Source: Yuukianura sp. NJ FZ-2021
Lineage: Eukaryota
NCBI GenBank assembly: GCA_046563655.1
Contig: CM102283.1
Location: 8,494,001 to 8,558,000, forward strand
Direction of reading: 5' to 3'
Length of the DNA stretch: 64,000 bases
Positions 13,963-28,277 of the stretch are shown piece by piece; the first letter of the stretch is position 1; each line of letters begins with the position of its first letter. The position numbers and the translations under genes are program-made. The notes below the pieces were generated by a model. The model did no database searches. It was not told where the DNA came from and saw only the letters and a list, made by a program, of their open reading frames with translations.

Positions 13963-16900
13963 ATGTACAGGTACGTTTGAACAAATTTTCAAAATTTGTC
14001 ATTTCAAAATTTCAGGTTTTTCAAAATTTTAGTACATAATGAAACCTGCAGTCTTTGAATCCGGTAGTTTTTTTGGGAAGCAACCAACCGGGCTAAATTT
14101 AAAATCTTAAAGTTTTGGATTTTAAAATTTTGGTTTCTGGAAAAATAGTCTTCTAAAAAAAATTTTTTTTTTTAAAAAAAGTGAAAGTTTAGTTTAACGC
14201 TACAGTTGTGTTTGAGAGGGGAATGAAACTTGTGCAAAAAATTGCAATTTTCCATCTAGGCCAGTAAATAGTACAAAACAGGCGTTCAGTTACAGTTGCT
14301 CGTCAATTGTTGCAAATCGACACAATTGAACTTTTCTGCTTTACTTATTTTTTGCAATTTTGATCCAACGCCAACCTAACTTTATTGTCTTGACTGTTTT
14401 TTTTTGCAACAAGAATGTGAACTACGTAGTAGTAATGTGAGTTACGTTTTGCAATAACAATAGTAGCGTTGTATCACGACTAAATTTTTGCAAATTCAGT
14501 ACTCAAAGGAATGCATTTGTTTTGTACTTCGGTGCATTTAAAGTTGGTTTACCAATTTTCACTCCTTTGTAAATTGGGGAATGACCAGTGCTAATTTAGT
14601 TGTGGTTGGATGGATGCACAAACATTTACGTTCACATTTGAATAAGAAAGGAAAAGTTTTCCAATTTGCATTCACCATACAAAAAGTCAACGTTAATGTA
14701 CATGTTTTTGTTGTTGTGCGTATAGTCTCACTTTTGGCACTGGAGGCTTCAGCAACACAAAACGGCAATCATTGCAAATTTTCTTTTGTAAATTGCAAAA
14801 AGTCATTCATGTGAAACTGCTTGATTTGCCTTGCAAGTTGCAACCAGTCCCATTTTTCCTTTGAAAAAAAATTATGAGGAGAAATGTGTTCCAAAACACA
14901 ACTTCTGAAAAATTGCGAATCAAAATATAAAATATTTCAAAAACACAAAAAAATATTGTCAGTACATCTCAATTACGTTCATGAGTGTTTAGCCGTTGCC
15001 TTGTAAAATACTTCGTAAAAATTGTTCTACTCGGACCCGAGATGAAGAAAAGTTAGTTTCTGAATGATAAATTCAAAACATTTTTCAACTAAAATTTAAA
15101 ACTTGTAAAAACGAACATCAAATGTTGAAAACAGTGTAAATACCATAAGTTTTGTAGAGTTCGATTTATGACATTAGTGTAGCAATTGTTGCACTTTTGT
15201 TGTATTTTGCACTACATTTCCCCCCATAAAATTGAAGGCACGTCATCGTCCCTTGGCTGACAATTTGGCCAAAGACACTGACTGGTCTTCATTTCATATA
15301 GAAAGTAGCATTTGTAAAAGAAAAGGAAAATCCATGCATATTGAACAGATCCACTTAACTACTTGCCTCACCTTACTCTCAAATAGCCTTAAAAGTTCAA
15401 TTTTCTATTGTAAAAGACTATTATAAAACATGTATATTGTATATAAGATAACTATTATTCCTGTACTTTATTTAAATTTTCAAATAATTAACTCTTTTCT
15501 TCCTTTAATAAGGTTACCACTTTGTTTTCCCATCAGATTATAAACTTTTTAAGTATTCTGGGAAGTGGGAAGAAATTTATTAAAAGTTATTACGGAAGGG
15601 AGGTAAGGTTAGGTAGGTGTGAGAAGTTTTTGGCAAGTAGAGACGCAAAATTCAAAAATTCGCGTACAAAGAGAAAGTTTTCTTTGTAACACTCACACAT
15701 TCCTAATCGGATGTGTAAAACTACTCAACACCTTCATCCATATTTAGTTTAGCACAAACCATTTTTACAACTTTATACTCTACAACCTAAAGCTTACGTG
15801 CCGGAAAACCCATTGTAGAGTTAAACAGTTTGTTAATTTTAACACTTTTAGGTTTTGTTACAAATTTTTGTAGATTTTATACACTTTAGCTTAGAACTCG
15901 AAACGATTAATCAAAAAAAAATTTCGCACGCCCGCCGCTCATCTCTATAGATAAAGTTGTAACTTTTTTGAAACGTGACTTTAGGGAAGTGTTGAGTCGG
16001 AGGAAGAAGATTAATTTATTAATTACAAAAGTTAATTAATAATTCCATGCATTAGTTTCACGAAAAGTATTAATGTGCAATGTGTCACTTTAGTTTTCTT
16101 TGTAATGCAGTAAGAAATTAAACAATTTCTGTCCATCAATCAACACTTTTGCCTTTCTTTTGCTCCAGGCAATTTCCAAGAAACTTTTTTTTTTGTATTT
16201 GTGTAATTAAGATTAATCTGCTTTCAATTGTGAATTTATAGAAGAACATTTTTCATTTCTTCTGATTTGCATAGTAGACAAATCTGAAAACAAATTGGAA
16301 AAAATTTCATAAAAAAATTTCTCAGCAGCATATTTTTCAAAGTTGTCCTTTTTTTGAGTCTTGAAAATTTTTTGGCTAAAAAAGTTGAGTTATACATCCC
16401 GGCGAAACTGGATCTTGTTGAATTAATGTTATGTATTTATATAGTTACAAAGTTGGTGGTGATAAATTATATATTATAAAGTATACACTACGTAGTATAT
16501 ATTATTACATGAATCGAAGAAGTGAACTAAACGTTTCTTACGAAATGGTAGCGTAAAGTATATTGAGAACAGAATCTTTCCTGAACGCCCAGGAAACAAT
16601 TGTTTCCTTTCTGCTAGAAAATGGACCGTGTTTCCTGTAAAAAAAGTTCTATCAGGTGTTCCAGAATTAACGATTATCTTTTTGTGCACAAAACCCATAA
16701 GCTCCAAAAACTCCACAGTGTGAGATGAGAGATGAGATGGAGAAGTTACACAGAGAGAAAAGAGATAATCGTTAATTCTGGAACACCTGATATGTCAGTA
16801 GTACATAAGTTCGCACTTCATCATTTTGTCTTTTGTTTGCAAATTGTACTCTGAATAGTGGGAAAACCTAACTTAATCTAACATAACTGCAACACAATTT

Positions 16901-19900
16901 CCTAATTTTACTTTTACAATTCCAAAAACATCCCAAATCGTACGCGAATTTGAGATTTTTTGCTGCCTGTGTTCCAATTTTCATAAAAATTTGGAAAATT
17001 CGACAAAATTTTTGACTAACATTGCTAAGAGTTGGCACTTGCTTTAAAGATTAGCAAAAATAGCACAGAGTTGTTGCGTGTTTAAACCCCTCCGTTTTAT
17101 AGTCATTGACAAAAGTACGTAAAATCATTGACAAAAGTACGTAAAATTGTTGAGATCTGTGGGACATTGGCCTCATTTTGGCTAAAGTGAAAAAACTGCA
17201 TGGTGCATTCAGGAGTTTCTTACAATTTTTAAACTGGTGGGAGTTCGTGACCCTGGGCACTAAACCGTGCCAAAACGAAATTCCACCTTCAGCATAGTTT
17301 CAAATCCACTTCAAAACATCCCTCCGCACTTTCAATCTCAGTTTTACATTCATTAGCCTATGAACATCAATTCACAGTTTCAAAAGCTGACGTCACACTA
17401 AAAAGATGGAGGAAACTCTTGTTTTGTTTGAGTTTGAAACTGAAAACCTGTTTTTTGTCTCATTCTTTATGTCTTGAAGGAAGAGGTCAGTAGGAAAGAG
17501 AATGCTTGACCTCGTAACCTATTCCATCACAAAATTCAATTCAGATGCAAAAAGCATTAGACAAGAACATTACTTTACTCTTTCCTTCATTCTCCCACGA
17601 ATTGTACAAAAGGAAGGCAGGAAATTCAAAATTCCATTTTTTCCCATAATGTAAAATTCAAATTTTGCCGGTCTTTGACTCCCTTTTGTATGAGATACGG
17701 ATGACCTTTGGTTTTCGTGTAGTTGAGGTCAAGTGATTTGTTTTTTAAAGTACAACAATTTTTCCCGCCCTGTTTTGTTTTTATCTTTTTGTGTTAATTA
17801 TGCATTAATTTTTGGTACTAACAGGATGTACAGTAAGGTCCAAACGTTTTGTGTACCACGCCTTACGGATCTCTACAGTATGGTTTCAATTAAACCTTAC
17901 TTTAACTGACCTTGCCAATTTTTTTAATGGTGAATTAAAATTTCCTACTTTTAGTTTCAAAATTCATTTTCTGCGTCTACGTATTTAACAGAGTAAAATT
18001 TTAGAGTAAACAAGCCTGCGATGAATCAAATCTCAAAACAAAAGGAAATACTACAATGTGTAAACTAAAATTTCGAAATATTTTGTGCGAATTGTTGGTT
18101 TGAGGACAATTATGACCATTTTCCTGTGTAAAATTTCAAAAAGTTGACTTTTTAATGTTGATCCAATTACGTAACTTTAACTTTTAACTTACTTTGGAAT
18201 GCATACATTGACGTTAGGTTTTTCCACCCAAGCGGAACTAATAAATTTATCCGTCTGAACGCATGCCTAAATAAGGATGCAAAAAAACGAGAGTAGTTTA
18301 TGCGGAAGCCAGTTAAGGAGTTTAACTAATTAACTAACTTAACACACATCTACACTGTCATTTTCGAAAGCAATGTTAGGTTATGTTAAGCGTACAAACA
18401 AAGTTATGAAGTTAAAGATCAAAATCACAAAAAAAAATTAACGAAATTTTTATCAAACTTAGAAAAACTGTCAAATTTTACACCAAATTGAAAGTTTCGG
18501 GATTCTTCCATTTCTAGCACAAAAATTTTTACTTCATTTTTCATAAAATGTTTTACTATAAAAGGAATCAAATTGTTCGAGTAATTAACGCATTAATTAA
18601 CGAAAGTTGAACAATTCAAAATTATACTAAAATTGAAGTGCGTTGGGAATCGTGTTAGTTGCGTTTTTTCTTTTGTCTTCGATTGGCAAATTGCTTGGGA
18701 AAACTTTTATTTTCGTCACTGTTGCAAAATTTGTAGGTACGTTATGTTATCATATGCTGTATAAATAACTTTTGAACGGTCAAGGCACAGCCAATAATGT
18801 TCCCATTTTAGAACAAAAGTAAACAATAACTTTTGTCTTAATTTTTTTGGCAGTTCTACAGTTGAAGGCCTTCGGTAGAACAATTTAGGCTTTTAGGAAG
18901 GCCTCTTTAGAACTTATTTCATAATTTTTCGTGACAATCAACATTATGAATGGCAGTTTGAAATTGGAACTTTAAGGCATGAAAATATTAAACGACAGTG
19001 TAGAACTTTATGAATTATGACTATACTTACACTCTCCTGTGTGTCGTATTGTTCTCAGTCATGCGCAGACTCTTTTTTGCTTATTTATCGTCCCATTGTC
19101 ACCTCCAAGGAGTACCTAACTCAAGTCACGACGATTACTCAATCATCACCACAATAGATTGACAAACTAGGCTCAATTTGTTCAATTGTCTAAATTAATT
19201 AGCACTTCATTTTTCAATTTTGAAACATTGGGATCCTTTAATACCTGTCAAATTTTTCAAAATTTTGAATTTTTTGATTTAGAAAAAGCCAAATTCTCCT
19301 TGGACTGATCCCATTTCTGCTAACGCTGAGCAGAATCAGCGTTTCAGCGCAAAGTGCCCATCCCTACATAGACGATGGCGGAACTAGCGAATGCGCATTG
19401 CTTCTGGAAGGACCTGGACGTACCTCAGGCTTTGACTATCAAATGAATACGCTACGAGGAAATCCGTAAGTTGACTAATGAAGTGAGTATCACATGACAA
19501 ATAGAGGTATGCGCATGTCACGGACCGTGACAGATAGAGGTATGTGCCGCCGAGTTATGTACTAGTATAATTAAGAGCAAGGCTATGCATTTGGTTTTTT
19601 AATAAGATGAAATCTTTTTTTTTGTGTTTTTGAGGCGTGGTCGTGAGAATCACGACCTTAGAATAGTTTTTGAACAAAGAAATTTGTGGTACAGATAATA
19701 GCGCGCCAATTTTTTTGTAATTTAAAAATGAGAGGTATGCGCCGCTCGTTGTTGAGAAAGGATTAAAATCTTTCTGTGGTCGCATAATAGTTGCAAAAAA
19801 AGAGATTTTTGCAACAGATAGGCTTTCGTAATTGGCGGGCCTGATAAATGCAAAGTTAATGTTAAAAGCGTCGTGGTCTTGACCAATAATTTTTTTAGTC

Positions 19901-22900
19901 ACAATCGTAAGTCACAATCAAACATTTAAAAAGTGAATTTTTATGATGGTCACTGCCTGTTTTGTGGGATTTCAAATTTTGCCGCCGCCACTGACGTCAG
20001 CAAAATTCGAAAATCCCCAAGAGCAAGACGGCGGCGATGTCACTTTGTGTGCCAAAATTCCCTAGAGTGGCGCTTTCACTTTTTTGCAAAAACCAAAACT
20101 GCCTCGGGCCAAAAATAATGAAATTATAAACTTATCACCAGTTTCTTTACTTTTACATGTTAGGTTAACATAACTTTTCAAAAAATTTCAAATTTTTGAA
20201 ATTTCGAGCCAAATTTTAAGACGAGGAGAGTTATAGTCTGATGGTTTCGAGTTACTTTAATTGGGCAAAACTCTAAAGATAGTTTAAATATAAAATTTCA
20301 ACTTCCGACTTTTGTCATGCAGTGCGACAAACCAAGAAATTTTAGAAGAGTTACGCCAATTTTCAAAGAAAAAAATTGTTACGCATGCGCCAACTCGTTT
20401 TTTTTTTGTGCTTTCAGCAACTACGCAGGTCCTCATACTTGTATCACCTACGACGCTGTTAACAACGCTTACATTCAAGCCCGGAAGTACATCCGTAAGT
20501 ATACACAACAACATTTTGTGTAACAATTACTATGTACACTAGTGTACAAAATGTACAAGATGAATCAAAACATGTAATTTGGCCCTACTTTATACCAATT
20601 TTGTGCAAATTTGTATTTTTGTAAGGTGTGGTGGAACGGAGAGAGCGTTATTCCCATGAAGAACTGGCTACAGTTGGAGAACTTGTGCTTGAAGTATCAA
20701 GAGTATTGGCAAGGACGTAAGCAAAACAACACACAAATTTCGAAAAGTTAAAATTTTGAAACATTTGAAATTTTCAAAATTTCAGGTACGGTTTGTCCGT
20801 TGATGAAATCGAACACGGATTGCCACTTATCGACACTTCTAAAACTCTCGTCCGTGAAATTTGTCCCGCCTTTTTGTCCAACGTGCACTGCCAACCCGGG
20901 AAATACCGTCGGTACGACGGTCTCTGTAACAATCTCAAGCATCCAACATGGGGCGCCGTCCAATCATCTTTCGCGCGTCTTTTGAAACCAGTTTATGCCG
21001 ATTCCATCTCCGATCCACGCGTGGGCCACTTAGGCTCAACCTTGCCACCGCCCCGAATTGTGTCCAGAACAATCCATCCAGACGAAGGTTACCACGACCA
21101 TGCTGCCACTATATTACTGATTTCTTGGGGTCAATTTATGGATCACGACTTGACCTTAACTGCAACTCCACTTGACCCTATCACTCGTAATGAAGTGGAA
21201 GAGTGTTGTCATAGGGCACCCAATGCCAAGAATCCATATTGCATGGAAATCTCCATTCCACATGACGATCCATTTTATGGAGTTTATGGCGTGAGATGTA
21301 TTGACTTTGTGAGGGGATTTCCGGGAACGAGAGCTGGATGTCGCCTGGGATCCAGAAATCAGTTTAACATTCTCACGGCCATTATAGATGGAAATACGGT
21401 GTACGGAGTAGAGGAAAACTTTGCACGGAGTCTGCGCTCTGGCTATGGAGGACTTCTGCGCATGAATCCAGTGTTTGCACAGTATGGATTGCATGACCTC
21501 CTGCCATTGAAACTGGACATTCCGGATGAAGGATGCTCAAGACCGAACAGAAGCATGTACTGCTTCGATGCTGGAGAAATTCGGGTCAATGAACAACTTG
21601 TTTTGACCTGCATGCATACCCTGATGGCTCGAGAACATAACAGAGTTGCACACAAATTGGGCGAAGTCAATCCACACTGGGATGACGAAACTACTTACCA
21701 GGTAATTACGAACTTACCATTACGAACTTACCGCTAATTACTCTAATTACTTTGGTTTTACATGAATTACCAAAAATGCTTGCGAAATTACGGCGAAGTA
21801 TGGGAATGCCAAAAACAAAATACAAAATCAGGAGAATTACTTTTAGGATTTGAAGGAATTAGCCAAATTGCCGAAGGTATTTCAAAAGTATTTCGTAATT
21901 ACTGTAATTACAGGAAGCTAGACGAGTAGTAATTGCTGAAATTCAGCACATTACTTACAATGAATTCCTGCCTCTGGTGCTTGGTAAAGAAGTGATGGCT
22001 AAATTCGGACTTTTGCTGCAAAAAGAAGGCTACTGGGATGGATACGATCCGAATGTCAATCCGGGCGTTTTGGCCTCATTCTCTGCAGCGGCTTTTAGAT
22101 TCGGACATTCCCTCCTTCCTACCAACGTTGAAAGATGGTCCAAAGCACATAAGTTCATCGGTAATTGAAATTTTTTGAAAATTTTTATTTCAAAACCACA
22201 ATTCTCTGGCAAAATTTTGATTTTTGAATCTGAATCTTTTGAAAACAGCCTCCAGAAGATTGCGTGACCTGATTCGACAACCGTTTGACCTGTACAGAGC
22301 TGGTGTAATTGACGAATACTTCATGGGCATGTCAAATCAAGTGGCACAAGCTATGGACGACTCTGTCACTCAAGAGGTACTTCACAGAGAAAAAACATTT
22401 TTTGTTTCGTAATTTCAAAATTTTGAAATTCAAAAACTGTGTTTTTGTAGGTAACGAATCACCTGTTTAGAAAACCTGGACAGCCATTTGGTGTAGATTT
22501 GGCGGCTTTTAACATGGCACGAGGACGTGAATTCGGACTTCCATCGTACATGGAGTACAGGTACTATAACCAGAACTTTTTAGTTGCACATTTTTAAATA
22601 ACATAATTCCAAATTTGAAAACGTTAAGAATTTAGTAGAAAAATCACTCTTTTTAAATAACATAATTCCAAATTCCAAAACGTTAAAAATTTAGGGAATA
22701 CAAACAAGAGCTATTGATAATTAGTATATTATAAAATAATAAATTATTAAATAATTTATTTTAATCAGGAAATACTGTGGTTTGCCCGGTGCTGAGGGAT
22801 GGGACGACCTGTTTGGCTCCATGAACAACATTACAGTGAAACGCTACTCCCAGATCTACGTCCATCCTCAGGACATTGACCTCTGGTCAGGCGGTGTCTC

Positions 22901-25900
22901 AGAACGCCCCCTACCGGGAGCCATGGTCGGACCAACATTTGCTTGTATCATTGCCACCCAATTTTCAAATGCCCGCCGCGGAGATCGATTCTGGTATGAA
23001 CTTGGAGGCCATCCACACTCATTCACACTGGAACAATTGGCAGAGTTGAGAAAAGCCCGCCTCGCCCGCATCGTCTGTGACAACACGGACATCATCGACA
23101 CTATTCAACTCTACCCGATGGTTCTACCTGACCATGAAATGTAAGAATTTTGATAATGGAGAGGTCAAAGGTCAAATATTTAAATTTTTAATTTTTAGCA
23201 ACCCGCGGGTACCCTGCCGATCCGGAGTTTTATTGAACATTGATTTTTCGAAATGGGCAGACTATGGTCACCACGGTCAGCAATCCGTGCCGGCTCCAGT
23301 GCATGTAAGCGTTTAAACAGTGAATTACTTTTGAGTAATTAGTTTAATTATAATATTATATATTTTGCAACTTTATCTTTAAAATATTTTTGTAAGTTTA
23401 TATTTTTTGGTACACCTTGTACATTTTTGTATTAAAATTTCTTCTTCTTCTTCTTCAGTGTCCTGTCTCTATTTTGTTTATAAATTGCTTCTGAAATTGA
23501 TTTTTTTAAATCTTTTTTGAACTAACTTTTTTCAAAATTCAAATTTTGGTTGGTGGATTTTTGGGTTTTATGGGGGGTGAAAAGTGTACAAAAAACGGAA
23601 ATTATAATAAATTACTAAAAATTCAGGTGGCTCCCCCTCTGGCGGGAATTCATCCTTCAGTAGTTCCAGAAACGCCGTTAGCCAGACTCTTACCACAACC
23701 GAGCCGTTTGCTATCGGCTGGATCGGCTCCAGCTCCAGCCGTTTTGGCTCCTCAGCGGCTAAGAACTTTCTATGGAAATCCAGCCATGGCACCACTTTTT
23801 GGAATTTCCCCCACCGGATCAACCCCAAACTCCTCCCCCAACATTCCCTTTGTCAAGTGACAAGTTAAGCCTTTCTTCGCTTCTCTGTCTCTAAATTAAC
23901 ACTTAAAAGTTATATTTCAAAATTTCAGATTAAGTTTTACCTAAGTTTTAAAGGTTTACAAAACTAAATTTTAAATTTTAGATTTTGAAAGGAACATTTT
24001 AGATTTTGTTTTAAATTGAGGAGGGTTAATTTTTCTTGGAACGGTTTTCCCCTCATACATAATTTATTCTGGCAGTAATTTTCGACAACTCAAAAAAAAA
24101 TCCAAAAAATTTTTTAACGCTTTTTCAAATTCAGCTCAACTCTACTTTGTTTACATTTTTGAATTTTTGTCAAATACGGTATTAGTTTAACTGCTAATAG
24201 GCTAACAGCTTTATTGCAAAATACATACTTTTATAGTACATCGAAGCTTTGTACATAAATGAACATTATGGTATCATGTAAAGTAAACTCTACGGTTTTT
24301 GGAGTTTTCAAACATACTTTTCGAAATTTCTCGGGATTTGGAAAAATTTTATTTTTGGGCAATTTTTGGTTCGGCTTTTCCGAAAAAGGTGAAATGGAGG
24401 TAAGAAAACCATTCTTTTGAGCCTCTTCGTGTGAATATTTGCTTTGACTGAAATTTCTTCTTTCTTCTGTCCATATTTTACATTTTTAATTTAGTTTGAA
24501 AAGTTTAGAGAGAATGCCTGTGAAATGCATTTGAAAATTAATTTTTGTGCTTAATTTTAAATTGTTTCGTTTTGCAGATTGATACTCCTAACTTGGGTGG
24601 CTATGAAAATGATCCGAGTGTTGGGAAGTACGTGAACCAAGATGGGTTGCAGCAACTGCGTCACTACTTGCGGGTGGGCCCTTACAGGGACTTCCTGAGC
24701 CACAAGAAAGGGTCCCACCACAACCCGTTCTTCGGATACCTCAGACAAGTAATACACCCATCTCCCATTGGACGCTAAACTTAAGGCCCTAACACACCTT
24801 TGCCTTCTCACACCGCTGGGCACTTGAGTAAAAAAACAGAGTTGGGAAGTGTGAATTTTTGTAATTTTTATTTCAATTTTATTATTATTTTTTTCAAAAA
24901 CAGAATTTGAAAACGGAAATGAGCTCAAACTAATATTTACCAATGCTCATTTAAAAAAAATAAACAATATCACATACGCAGCATGCCCAGATATGAACAG
25001 GGCGCTGGTTTCAGTTTTTCGATCGGTGTCTGTTTCACTTGTAATTTTTTGTCTAGTAAATTTTTTTCATAATTTTTTTTAACACTAACATTCAACATTT
25101 TTGGATTTTCGGAAAACCTTGTAACATTGGATTTTTAATTTTTGGTAAGTTTTTCTGTACATATTTTGCTTTGCTAACTCGAATTCTCGCTTTTCTCAAC
25201 TTGGCTTGGTATACAGCTTTTAGGCAAAAGAAAAATTTCTAAAATTTTGAATGATTCAAAATTTTGAAAAATTTTTGCAGGTCATTACTCGTAGGCCAGT
25301 ACTAGTGATTGATGGAGCTCAGGGTCAAGATGTATCGCAACTAGCCAGTGTGCACTACTCTCCTGGTCCAGTGCATGAACCCATGCCATATCCAGCAGGA
25401 ATTGACCTCAGTCCAAGAGGTCATCCAGTCCACCCGCCAGAGTTCAAAAAACCAGGTCGGAAAGTCAGAATTTAAAAAGTCCCGCACTCTTCGCCTTTCC
25501 TTTTCTTTTTAAATTCAAAATCAAAAGGTTCCCGCTGCTGTGAATTCTGTAAAGTCTGTCACTTTTTTGTAATTTCTGCACATAGATGGTCAAAAGGTCA
25601 ACTTTTTAAATTTAATCGTACAGTTTGTGTCAAATAGCGCTGTTTAGTATAGTAACTTACAAATCAATTTTGCTGTAGGCAAAATTTTTGCCTTAGTTTT
25701 TTGCCTTCGTGTCTGATTGTCTGTCTGAGCAGTGATGAGAGCATGTGCAGAGTGTGAATGACGCAAGTGGGCGGAGCTTAAATTCTGTTCTTCCTAGATC
25801 TGCACAATTACTTTTAATTAGTTGTAATTTATTTTTGTATGAAATTAAAAACTAATACAACTTCTACATCTTCACTGTCCATACTGTAGTTTTCTGTATA

Positions 25901-27092
25901 CTCGCCTCTTGGTCACGTGTTGTTGTAAATAGACTAAGGTAAGAAAATGTAAAATTTTGAACAAAATTTTAAAAAATTTCTAAAAATTTTGATAATCCGA
26001 ATAACACTTACATTGTCTATAACTGTTCAGTTTTCTAAGAACTTCCACAATCCTAAACCTTTTTGAAGCGCGATTTTTCAACAAAATTTTTTCTTCAACA
26101 AAATTTTATTTTCTTCCATTTTTCTAAAAATTTCTTCTTTCACTGTATTTTCCGCCTCCGTTTCTTTTAGGTTTTGACTTTGTTGGAAGTTTGCATCATG
26201 CCCCACCACTCAAATACGATTTGCCACCATATGCCCCACCGGTGGCTCGTGGTGGCCATGGAAGATCCTACGGAAGTCCAAACTTACCGTTCATTTCATA
26301 TGGATTCAAACCAGTAGCATCTCCATACGGAAACATTACACATCCAAATGGGGTCTCCAATCGTCGATATGCTAAGGAAATTCCAGATCATGTTCTGGAC
26401 GCCCTGGAAGAAATGTATGCTAGGAATAACTACAAAAAGAGAGAAGCTGTAAGCATAGCATAGTCATCTTAAAAATAAAAAAATAAACTAGTACAATAAA
26501 TTCAAAATTTTAAAAATTTAGTTAATAAAAAATTTCTAAAAAACTTAATAGCAAGTTCAGTGATCTTTAACTCCTTTTGACTTTTAGACTTTTGACGTTT
26601 GTCTTTTTGACTTGTTTGACTTAGGTGACAAGTTCAAAGAAAAAACGGACAAAACGCGAAACAGACGAAACGACACCAAAACTACCGTCGGTAGAAACCG
26701 TAACAAAAGTGAAAACTAACAAAACTGATGCAGGCGCTTCAGGAAGTTGGGCCATGCGCGATGCTCTGATTGGCACGACCTTTGACCTCATGACTGGCCT
26801 TGTGAACTTAAGTGGCGACTTAATCCAAAGACTTAGAACTACGGTAGACCGAACTGTGACGAAGCCTGCCCAAGTGAACTTTGTTCCCCTCAATGCAACT
26901 AAATCAGAGTCCAAGAACAGTTCTACCCCTGATTCCCCCCAGGAAGGTCAACGACCTTTACCATTCGTAACTCGAAAGGAAGTGATTGAAAAGAGACGGA
27001 AAGTGGTCAAACAAGCGACCACTTTAGTTAAAACAATACTCTCTGATTTCTCCAAGACTATGAACAAAAGACTTCAACAGCAACAGACCTAG
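13963..27092 (+). CDS. Secreted animal heme peroxidase (peroxidase-cyclooxygenase superfamily, Curly Su/CG5873-like) with alternative 3' exons
   Basis: Micro-exon ATGTACAG|gt (13963) splices in frame to the signal-peptide exon at 19283 ([18 protein letters not shown]). Core exons 20418-23303 contain [10 protein letters not shown], distal [13 protein letters not shown], proximal FRFGHS, DLWSGG and GDRFWYE. Confidence 0.93.
16652..16790. mobile_element. mariner/Tc1-type MITE in peroxidase intron 1
   Basis: Perfect 28-bp TIRs TCAGGTGTTCCAGAATTAACGATTATCT (16652-16679 and 16763-16790), flanked by TA on both sides. Confidence 0.88.
19495..19775. repeat. Probable repeat/TE fragment in a peroxidase intron
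   Basis: Motif (t/g)agaggtatg(c/t)gc occurs three times (about 19502, 19534, 19730), with short palindromes cacggaccgtg and ggtcgtgagaatcacgacc. Confidence 0.4.
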
Positions 27093-27944
27093 TTTTTCTA
27101 AAAGTATAAGAAATTTCAAAATTTTTTGAAATTTTGAAAACTTTTCTGACTCAGCTACGAATCAAAGCAACTGCAAAAGCGTCAATGCAAAACTGGCAAT
27201 GTCGCCTCACCATTCTGTATTTTTAACTTCAGACGTTTCCTGTTTTTAATTAAACGTAAATCAAATTTTAGTTAACTTTTTAACTTTACATTTACTTGAA
27301 AATGTTATTTTTTAAGTGAAAACGTTGCTAGGCAGGGATAGAAGTTAAGAAAAGTGGGTATGTTAAAGGAACAAAAAAAAAGAGAGAGAGAAAGTGTTAA
27401 AGTTAAGTTAGTTAAAATTTTCTAATTTTCAATTACTTTTTCGAAAATCCTCCCACGTGATGCGGGGGCCTTTTCAGTAGTTTTAAATTAAATTTAAAAA
27501 CCAATTAATCTAAGGGTTTAGTTTATGTTTAAGGAAAACTTTTTGAAAAAATGGAAGAAAATTAAGAAAAATAGTAAAAAAGAGGAAGATAAATGTGAAA
27601 GCTGCTAACCGCTTGTCGTCTCGCCATTTCAATTTGGAAGTGTTAATTTTTTTTAATTAGTTAATGCAATTACATGACAACTATAACTTTTTTTAAAGTG
27701 AGGTGTGGAGATAATTGAAATTAAAATTAATTAAAAGTAAACGAGAAAAGAGAAAGTTAGGGAGCGGAATAAAACTAAAAGTGAGAAGCCGTTTCGTCCT
27801 CAGTCAACTTTCACTTGTGCAAGTCTCACTTTCACATCTGTATTTGCACTCAAAATTTGCATATTTTTCAAAAAAAAAAAAAACAAAACAAAACAAAACG
27901 AAACAAAAAATTTTTCACAAAAAAAAACATTTCTTTTTTTCGAA

Positions 27945-28277
27945 ATGGATCGATCACTGGCTTTGAAAATCATTTACGGATTGTTTGCTATTGGTGCAAT
28001 TCTGGACGTGAGGGCGGGAGCCGGACTTGCTGGAATGGCACATGCAAATCCAACGTGCATTGTCAACTGTGCTCAGTGTGTCAAAGGTCAGAGGTCATTT
28101 TCGAAAAAAACAAAATTTCAAAAATTCGTATTTTGAAATATTGTATGTCGTTTCACAGTCTATGGAGATTTTTTTGACGGCCGCTCATGCGCTGAAATGT
28201 GCATGCGAGCCTGGGATGACTTCCGTAACGTAGACTGTGCTGATCCAATGACAATTGCAAGATTCATACGACCATGA
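27945..28277 (+). CDS. Divergent eclosion hormone-like neuropeptide precursor, 2 exons
   Basis: Signal peptide, then NPTCIVNCAQCVK|VYGDFFDGRSCAEMCMRAWDDFRNVDCADPMTIARFIRP*; six-Cys EH pattern after splicing g|gtcag...cag|tc. Confidence 0.85.

Noticed and set aside
17103-17146. 22-bp tandem duplication, and a similar ~45-bp intronic duplication at about 22591/22650
   Set aside because: Simple local slippage with no sign of function.
8467-17260. Numerous 60-80 aa ORFs
   Set aside because: F/K/L/N-biased translations of AT-rich non-coding DNA, many with non-ATG starts.
17825-17878. Second ATGTACAG-like peroxidase start exon
   Set aside because: The strong GT donors (gtaag, gtatgg) fall in phase 1, which does not match the phase-2 acceptor at 19283.
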